Shown: one piece after another, positions 54,862-64,000 of the stretch
Position numbering within the stretch: the stretch's first letter is position 1
Layout of the letters: every line of letters starts with the position of its first letter
Origin: Eledone cirrhosa
Lineage: Eukaryota
Direction of reading: 5' to 3'
DNA: 64,000 bases
NCBI GenBank assembly: GCA_964016885.1
Contig: OZ024740.1
Span: 198,524,001-198,588,000, forward strand
Notes under the pieces: model-generated
Seen by the model: the letters and a program-made list of their open reading frames with translations, nothing else
Told to the model about the DNA's origin: nothing
Databases searched by the model: none
Made by a program: the position numbers and the translations under genes

Positions 54862-57800
54862 GTTGCATTTATCTTGCTTTATGTTCATACGAGTTATCAC
54901 CAAGTCACAACCAGTGACCTCAAGAGACAACAAGGTCCGCCATGTTCAAGAAAGGACATACATATTCACACATGGATCTTTAGTGTTTAGACTTGTGATG
55001 TACTTATATTGACAGAATCTTCCTTAGTATATGGGCAGTTCCCATTAGTACTATCTTTTGTATTTCTCCTATACGCGGGTTTCCTGGGATTTGCGATAAG
55101 TAATCATTAGACCCCTTAGGTATCATTCCCAGAGCGCCTACAACCACTGGTAATTTCCACATTTTTCCAATTTCTATCTCCAGGTCCTTATACTTGCTCA
55201 ATTTTTCAAAAGTTTTTATAGATACATTCTTGTCTATTGGAACAGACATATCAATTAGCAGGCATACCCTCTTTTGAAAGTCTTTCAATATTATATCAGG
55301 TCTGTTTGCGTCTATTTTTCGGTCTGTTTGGATGCTAAAGTTCCACAAGATTGAGATGTGATCTTTTTCAAGTATGGGAGGTGGTTGATGCTCCCACCAA
55401 TTCTTTTGATGGGGCAGGTCAAAATGCTTACACATTATCCAATGTATGTATTGTGCAGCTCTGTCATGCCTGTTTAGGTATTCGGTTGGAGCTATAGGAC
55501 TGCACATTGAAATTACATGGTCAATGGTCTCTGGTTGTTTTTTCCATACACGGCATAATGGGCTGCACCCATTTTTTATAATGTTGGCTTGGTAATTTTT
55601 TGTTGGCAGACACTGATCTTGTGCCGATATAATCAGTCCTTCAGTCTCCGATTTCAGTCCAGAGGATGGCAACCACTGATTGGTTAAAGTTTTGTCAACA
55701 TCAGGATTGTTAGCTCGCTCTGGGTATTTTCCATACAGAGGCTTTTCTAGCCATTTCTTAGCCAGTTTCTGTAGCAGTTCTTTCTTTGCAGTTACTTTTA
55801 CCTGCTTTGCTTTTTCTGTGTTTTCCATTTCAGCAGTAAATGGGACTTCTGAAATTTGTAGTCCATTACTGTATCTTTGTGCATCTTTTGTAATGGAATA
55901 TGATCTTTTGATGCTTTCGTGTTTCAAAACGAGTTTGATCATCCAATCATGTGATTCCCTTAGATATGTAGATAATCCAATTGTTGCAGTTTTCAACGCA
56001 ATGTCTAACTGGATTAACCCACGTCCTCCTTCTTTCCTAGGGAGATGTATTCTATCTATATCTGCTTTAGGGTGATGCATACTGGTATGGCAAGCGTGTT
56101 TATGGCATCGATCCTATTCCTTGCATTCAATTCCGTTTTTAAGATTGCTCTCACTCTGCGGTAACATTCCTTCCTTATCCTTTCCCTCATTGTCGAGTGC
56201 TTGATTCCGTCTCCTTCACAAACACCTAGATATTTGTAAATTTTTTCTTGATCAAGTTCTCTTATCACGTTCCCCCGATCAAGATTAATGTCTGAACTCT
56301 TCAGCAGCTTTCCTCTGGTGAACGTTGCTTTGGCGCATTTATCTAGTCCAAACTCCATTTTAATGTCATCACTGAACTGCTTCACAGTGGATAATAGCAC
56401 TTGCAATTGTTCATCATCTTTTGCAAATAGTTTCAGGGCATCCATGTAGAACAGGTGATTAATGGTTTTGTCATAGACTTTATATCCATGTTTTGTTTCA
56501 TTGAGCATTTTACTTAATGGTATAAGTGCGATGCAGAATAAAAGCGGTGATAAAGAGTCACCCTGAAAAATTCCACACTTAATATTAACTTCTCCAGCTT
56601 CCAGTGATTTTGTTTCACTATTCAAAAGGAGTGTCGTTTTCCATGTCTTCATACTGAATGACAAAAACCTCCTGACAACGGGGGATACTTTGAAAATCTC
56701 TAAACATTTTTCAATCCAACTGTGTGGCAAACTATCAAATGCTTTTTTTTAATCTATCCAAGCAATCGATAGATTTTTGTGTCTATTATGACAATCTTCC
56801 AGTATCATTTTGTTAACCAGAAGCTGATCCTTACAGCCATATGAGCCTCGTTTACACCCTTTCTGCTCAATGGGAAATAGGTCATTTGTTATCAGGTGGT
56901 CATATGTGTATTCAGTTAGGACTGATGTTAACATTTTATACATTGTGGTCAAGCAAGTTATCGGTCTGTAATGTTTGGGATTGCTTGTCTCATCATTCTT
57001 CGGAAGCAGGAATGTAATGCCGTTAACTAGCCATGAAGGTATCTTTTCTGGCTCCTTAACTATTTCATTGTAAAGTTGGGCTAACAGCTCATGAGACTCT
57101 GTGAAGGCATTTATCCAAAAGTTTTGTATTTTGTCTTTTCCTGGGGATTTCCATTTGCTGGTTTTTCTTAGAGCCAAGCGCAACTGTTCAACTGTTATAT
57201 TTTCCCATGTTTGTTCCTCAAGGTGAGCTGTATCTTTCATTTGTCTGTCTATCCATGGGGCATGTATGTTATGAACTTTTTCCTCGGCCCAGATCTTTTC
57301 CCAGAATTCTTGCACTTCCTCCTTGGGTGGTATTGATTTAGCAGTTATTGTTGACTTACCAATTTTTCTGTAGAAGTTTCTTTGGTTGTTTTTGAACATA
57401 TTATTGTCCTTATAGAATCTAGATCGTTTTTCAAAGCGCCTTATACGAGCAGCTTTGGCCGACACTTTTTGCTTGATTATTTCTATCAGCATGTCTATGT
57501 CACATGTTGATTTTATACTGTACTTTTTTTCAAATTTCTAAGTTTAGTTTGTTTAACATGTTCACCTACTTTATAGTTTGTTAAAATTTCTATGTCAGAT
57601 CGGAGAAGGTTTATTTGGCGATTGATGTTCTCTTGCCAAGTAGATTTCTTGTGGGAATTCCTTTGTTTTTTCATCTTCACTCCACATAAGTGAGTGGTGA
57701 CTTTAGCCGATGCATAATAGAGATGATTTAAATCAGTAATGTTTAGTTTGTTTGTGATGATAATGTTTTTGAGAATTATGTTAGTCTTGTAAATTATCTT

Positions 57801-58715
57801 TTGGTTCTGTTTGGTGTTCTGGATCTTAGGGAGGGTGTCTCCATGTCACATTCTTTCATTTTCATCCATTCGATCATAATTTCATCCTTCAAGTTGGCAA
57901 GTTCATACTCATTCATTTCTTTATCATTTACGATCTCATTATTTTCATTTGGAGTTTCATCCTGAGCATGCACTCCCTCCACTTTTTCGATCCTTTCTTT
58001 AATTTTTTCTGTTGCCAGTGATTCCGCCCCAACCCTGGGATTCGAAGTGTTACAGTTTACCTCGTTTTCACTGACACATGTTTCATTTTCCCCTCGCTGA
58101 CTTTGTGCTAATAGCTTGATCTGATCAATTTCTATATCAGTTAGTAACTTTTTTCTTACAATATTTCTTCGTATATTGGCTAGTTTGTTGCTGTCAATAT
58201 AGACTCTTTTTTCGGGATGTTTCTTTTTCCAGTTGATATATGTCTGTTCTGTATTCGATGTATTTGATGGGTAGTACATGGCAGTGTAGAAAGCCTCAAG
58301 GACTTCTTTATTATCTTCCCTTGACCATTTTTCTCTCTTTTTCTTTGGATTTCTTGGTGGTGAGCATGGAGGGCCAACAGTAGGAGTATTCCGGTTATGG
58401 GAGGTCTCCAGCTCCGTGATGGGAAGGTTTGAACCATTAGCTGATTTTTCGACCCCAGTCTGGTTCCTCTCTGAGGGACGCGGCCCTTTTTTACCCGAGT
58501 GACGGCCGATCCGGTATGAGATTTTATCATTAGACATTTACTTTATTTTGTCGCGTTTTATCCTTATCCGCCAAGGGGTAATCATTTTCGTGTTACCACT
58601 TCTAGAACGAGTGTCAACCAAGACTAGAGGGGTCGTTCTCCCCTAGAGACACGGCTATTCCCCGCCGGCCGCCATCCCGGTATTTCTTGGTCGCGGGGTT
58701 TTCATTTTGTTGTTT
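54862..58715 (-). mobile_element. Full-length decayed R4/Dong-type LINE (RT plus RLE) ending in (TAA)n
   Basis: KWSREDNK N-terminus, KSPGKDKI, YRPITCL, EQKGC, GIFQGDSLSPLLFC, HLFYMDA (YMDD mutated), CRVW..ETIDHVISMC, NRPDII, KYKDL and VVGALG. Confidence 0.93.
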
Positions 58716-59657
58716 TTTTAAATTGTTATTATCATGAGTGGTTCCTTAATGTGAGCATTGCGTGGCTTAAGAATGAAATTATTAATAATTGTCTCCACTC
58801 CAGGCACAAGGCCAGCAATCACCCAGTGCATTACAATAATATAATATACTTTTTGCTGTGGTTGGCTGTTATTGTTGTTGGCTATGTCGGTGGTGGTGCC
58901 GGGGCTTTTCATATTGTTGGTGAGGAAGGGGTGAGCCAGCAGTCCCGTAATTGTTGATGTGGCCAGGTCACTAAGTCAATCTATTTATATCTTTTGCTAG
59001 CCTCTCCCTTGTCTAGTGATACCGCTACCTTCCTCTTTCTCTCTCAAGTTAACAGGGGAATAGTGGTGGTAGCATTGAAGGAGTGGTGGCGGCGGGGAGA
59101 TGTGGGAGACAGTAGCAACGGTATCGATACTGAGACAGTGGTGGTGGTGATGTCGATACCGAGGCAGTGGTGGCGGTGATGTGATCGTATTACTGTAGCG
59201 ATGGTGTTGTAGCGGTGGCAGCAATGAGGGAGTGGTGGCGGCGGTGATGGGATAGTGGTGGTAATGATGGCAGTAGTGAGTGGTGGTGGTGAAATTGCCG
59301 TTATCTGGCTGTTGCGTTTAGTGTACACAGAGAGGTAATGGGGTAGGTGTTGTATCTAGTTTCTGGTGTTGTTTGGCTGTTCTATATAGCGTAGACAGAG
59401 GAGGGGGGGGGTTCTTCTTCCATTTATGGCCATTTTCTTTTTTGAATATACAATGTACAATACAAAGTTGAATATTTGAATATTTGAGCCTTATAAGAAT
59501 ATATTTTGGGTTCGAATTTTTTTGGGGCTCAAGCCGGATGCTTTACGTAGCATTTGTACCAAGAGTTGTTATTTCACAAATGATTTAAATATGTTAAAAA
59601 TTCAAAACTTACTGGAGCGATTTCATGACCTTCTACCACCTTGTGCGTCTTCTTCCC

Positions 59658-59658
<1 letters not shown>

Positions 59659-59719
<61 letters not shown>

Positions 59720-59720
59720 T
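59659..59720. repeat. (TTA)n microsatellite followed by a degenerate SINE (~59760-60000)
   Basis: Direct read. gacttcacctttcattc..gacaaaatagactacc central-domain remnant. Confidence 0.7.
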
Positions 59721-60089
59721 ACAAGTGGAATTCCTGTAACGATATTCTGATATGGAATATAAGTGATAAAACGTTTTGAGTCTCAACTGGAGTGCAATAA
59801 TACTTCGTGTTCATCAAATTTGAAGTGAGATTTAATTTTCCCTTTGCCTTGAAATAATGGCTGTTAACACTCTGAGATTGACTTCACCTTTCATTCTATT
59901 GGGATTGACAAAATAGACTACCAATCAATTACCGGTGTCGATGTAATCAACTATTTATTTAATCCTAAACCTAAGGCTTGTTGACAATTTTTGAAATCAA
60001 TATTAAACACCTGCATATGGAAGAGCCATTTCAAGTGACATATCTCCGAAATTTAGTGATGTTATTATCGAATAATAGCTTATTGAGAA

Positions 60090-60174
<85 letters not shown>

Positions 60175-61334
60175 GATACTCACACATAATGCCTTACCAC
60201 ATGAGTACTTGAGCATGTGTGTGTCTGTGTGTAATGCGTAAACTGAAGTATGTTAAACATTAGTAAGGTTTCTTCCAATGACCGATATGATCAAATGTTC
60301 CGATCAGTGGATTCAGAAGAAATAATTTGAGATATAAATGTTTGAAATTTCACTCAGTGCTCCATCAGTTTATCCATTAGTGTCTGACATTAAAGGTAAT
60401 TCCCATTGCTAAACGTATGCCTTAAATTCCATGAGATCGGTAGCTTATTTTTTGCCCTCCTTCAAGATAGAAGTATGCCTTAAATTCCTTATGAGGAATG
60501 CATTTATATGTTGACAGGTTGAACGAAGTTCACATATTCTTTCAATTTTTTTATATTCTTTAGCGTGAGGTCAACCTCGATTAAGCATATGTATCTTCAA
60601 AAGCCAACAGCCATACCCTCCAGACTGTTGAGATTAGGCTATTTACCCATTTTATCTCACAAGGTTTGTGGCAACCCGAAACTATCGTAAATTATGTTTT
60701 GGCTAGATAAACAAATGCTAAAAATGTTAGTTTCACCCCACTCCATGACATACGAGCTCTTGACCTTTTAAAAGAATATTTTATGTCTATATTTCTAATT
60801 GTTTGTAAAATATTATGTTTTAGTCAGGATTTTAGTTAAATAGGAAGATGTAAAACAAAAATATTTCTCTATCTTGCTTTGATGGCATATCTGGCTAGCA
60901 TTTCTAGCCGGTCGAGGCGTCATTGAGAAGCCATATCTTGGGCTCGCATTATCAATTTTCGTCACGCTGTGTTATGTAGAACATTTATCTCCCAGGATCT
61001 AAGTTTCATTATGGAATCCGAGACAATGAGGTTGTTATCAAATACGTGTGGTGATACTTAAACAAGGAACTCGAGCACAACTACCTCCATCAAAACAGTA
61101 GCAAAAACAACAACAGGAGCACAACCCCCAGCAGAACAATAACAACAACAACAACACCAAAGCCACAAGGATCATCGATATTAAAAAAGACACAAACAGG
61201 TGCGCCAAAAATGCCTTGAACATGATTAAAATATTAAATTTCCCAAGAGTGCTCTCTGTATGAAGAATAGATAGTTAAGTACAAACAATGATACTTAAGT
61301 TATTAAGCTAAAAATAATATTTAATCAATTAAAA

Positions 61335-61550
61335 TTATCGATTCTAATATAGGCACATGATAACACAGTTGTAGGTAATAGGTAATCGATGAAATCGACT
61401 CCAGAGCTTGACAGGTACTAGACTTTATTGAACCCGGAAGAGTGAAAGGCAAAATCAACATTAGTGGAATTTGAAAGCAGAAAGTAAGCAGTTGTAACTA
61501 GCTATCTCAAGAAATTTTGTCCTTCATATTAATTACTCTGACAATCTATC
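61335..61550 (-). mobile_element. Degenerate SINE (gcctttc family)
   Basis: gtgaaaggcaaaatcaac..ggaatttgaa is the reverse complement of the B-box and central domain. Confidence 0.65.
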
Positions 61551-61984
61551 ATAAGTAAATAACTGAATTTAAGAACATAATGAAAAATATATTTATTGGC
61601 TTTAATGGAAATTACTTCCAAATTAGGGATGTGTGAGAACTCCTCACATTTTAGTTGAATAAAAAATAAATCGTGATGTACAAGTGTGCCATTTTTTTCT
61701 CGATATCAACCCATATTATATCCGAACAACAGGTAGGTCCCTATCGTATATTTTACGATAGAGACCTTGAAAAGAGAAAAACTAATGTGATCAAGCTAAA
61801 TTAATAAATAATTTTAAAAGAGAAATCCCAATTATCAATATATTTTGTATGGTATCGGGTATTGAAACACCATGTAATACACGGTCGCTCATGACAACGC
61901 TCTTTTTAGATGCGCAAGACTGGGAAAGATGTTTTGGAAGATCAACAATCTCTCATGCATGCTCGTCTTCACTTTGCATGCCAC

Positions 61985-62185
61985 CGATGTTCTGTGCGGT
62001 AAAGGCAAAGCCGATACAGCTTGGGACCAGTGTTTTGCATTTCACTTTTCTAGCTGAGTGAACTGAAGTAGCGTAAAATGAATTCTCTTCTTGAAAGCCA
62101 AAACATACCGCCCTCTCCTGGAATCGAAATCATGAACCTATGACGATGACCTTACACTCCAACCAATCAACCACGCACCTTCACT
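61985..62185 (-). mobile_element. tRNA-derived SINE, second (CORE-like) family
   Basis: Minus: gcgtggttgattggttggagtg (A box)..atttcgattccagg (B box)..cagttcactcagct. Confidence 0.6.
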
Positions 62186-62703
62186 AAAGAAGAGGCTGTA
62201 TGTTGCGAGAATAATAGAAGTAAAGTAAAATTTGGAATACCTTTGAAATACGAAAGTCTATGAGACACTATCTCATCAATTACTTAATACGCAAACAGAG
62301 AACCCTTATACACATGAAAATGGCAAATTATATCAAAGTGAAAGAAGACAATTTAATGTGAAGATGTTGAAGAATGACAATTGAGAATTTATTGAACTCT
62401 ACTGAAAATTTTACTTGATATTTGGTTTAAATCGCCATCTCAGTTTTATTCTGTCTATTATCTCTGCTTATCATTCAAATAATTATCTAAATTATTTCTC
62501 TATTTCTATATCCTTCTAATTAGTTATCTATTTAATTATTTAATTAGTTCTTGCCTCCTCTCTCAACTCCTAGAAATGTGTGTTCCTTCGGTGACTGTAA
62601 ATAAATGATGTTTACCACTTCTAAAGGATATCCATAGTATAAAAAGACTAATTAAACACCATACAGATATTCCCCCACCCCCACCCCCATACACACACAC
62701 ACG

Positions 62704-62754
<51 letters not shown>

Positions 62755-62764
62755 TATGTATACG

Positions 62765-62829
<65 letters not shown>

Positions 62830-63240
62830 ACAGAACATTCAAAATATATGTTTAATACATTTTATTGCTGACAATCGTTTCTCCAAATAGTTGTTTGGCT
62901 TTATCGGAGCATTGGCAAAGTTTAAACACATAAATACATTCCTATTCAACAGAACATTCATAAAGATACCTTGATAATATTGTTGCTATCAATAGTGTCA
63001 TATTCAAAGTCAGTCAAGATGTTGTGGTCTCCACCAAAGGATATAATAAAGAGTATAAAAGAAGGTTACTCACATAGGAGGATATTATTGGTACATAAAC
63101 ATATAGGCAGTAAGAATGCAGAGGTATTAAACATATACAGAATAATATGGCAAAGAATACAGAGGTATTAAGCATATACATCATAATATGGCCAAGATAT
63201 CACAAAATATAGGTGCAATAGTTTATATATAAGTATAAAT

Positions 63241-63284
<44 letters not shown>

Positions 63285-63285
<1 letters not shown>

Positions 63286-63349
63286 ATCCGGAATACATTG
63301 AGTTCTTCATACGGATTGGACACTACCGTAAACTCTTGGTAGATTTATC

Positions 63350-63352
<3 letters not shown>
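63285..63352 (+). mobile_element. ~68-bp terminal fragment of the 6706-10228 PLE family between (TA)n tracts
   Basis: Reverse complement of 6706-6777 (gtagataaatctaccaa..tacggtagtgtccaatccgtatgaagaactcaatgta). Confidence 0.85.
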
Positions 63353-63397
<45 letters not shown>

Positions 63398-63513
63398 TAT
63401 ATATGCATTGACTGAATATGAACGTGTGCTTTTTTCTCACCCTTTCTGTCATTTTCCCCTGTTCCTTCCTCTTGTCACTCTTTACTTTCTTTTTATATTG
63501 TCTTTTTAATTGT

Positions 63514-63551
63514 ATCTTCTGATGAAAGACTAGTGTCCGAAACGTTAAGAT
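63514..63551 (+). ncRNA. Minimal type I hammerhead in an ORF-less module (~63405-63632)
   Basis: ATCTT-CTGATGA-aaGAC tagt GTCc-GAAA-CG-TT-AAGAT. Confidence 0.78.
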
Positions 63552-63663
63552 TCTTTCTGCTATTTCAAGTGTTAAACTATTATACTTCTTCCACGTAATG
63601 TGACGTTTGTTTTTATTTCTGTTTACCTATTGCACACACACACACACACACACACATACACCC

Positions 63664-63738
<75 letters not shown>

Positions 63739-64000
63739 GAGAGTATGAACATATGTATATAATATTGAATAATGTCTAAATAAGAATGAGTTTAGTAGCT
63801 AATTAATCCATTAATCCATTGTTTTACGATAATTTCAGAGAGAAAACTGATTTATAGACGAGTCGAATGCTAAGAGTTGCATAAGAACACATTGATAAAT
63901 GTTCCTCTCTGCTATGACCGTAATTCAATGGATGTATAAACTACTAGATCTTTTCTTAATCCATTACTGCTCAACATTATATATTTGACTCTATATTGTT

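Noticed and set aside
58560-58715. HDV-like ribozyme in the Dong 5' UTR
   Set aside because: Structured (AGAACGA/TCGTTCT, ACCAAGA/TCTTGGT) but has no L3 CC or P1.1 signature by eye.

Overview
AT-rich animal genomic DNA, probably an octopod cephalopod (inferred from SINE/LINE tails and microsatellite density, not proven). No host protein-coding gene can be supported, and most short ORFs are (TA)n/(CA)n translation artefacts. The window is a transposon graveyard. It holds three decayed Penelope-like elements (PLEs) with a GLYRDD RT and C-terminal GIY-YIG, one YVDD-type PLE, two CR1-like LINEs, an RTE LINE with three C-terminal C2H2-like fingers, Tx1/L1-like and R4/Dong LINEs in (TAA)n, mariner remnants, two non-autonomous Helitrons and tRNA-derived SINEs. 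The main hidden signal is RNA structure. About 18 minimal type I hammerhead-ribozyme (HHR) motifs, intact or decayed, from roughly 10 sequence families were found by eye. They sit in PLE pseudo-LTRs and in short ORF-less modules between (TA)n tracts. Nearly all have a family-specific palindromic stem III, two families carry the compensated U3-A8 core, and one has a ~100-nt stem II whose twin copy was broken by a SINE. All folds were read manually and none was computed or tested.
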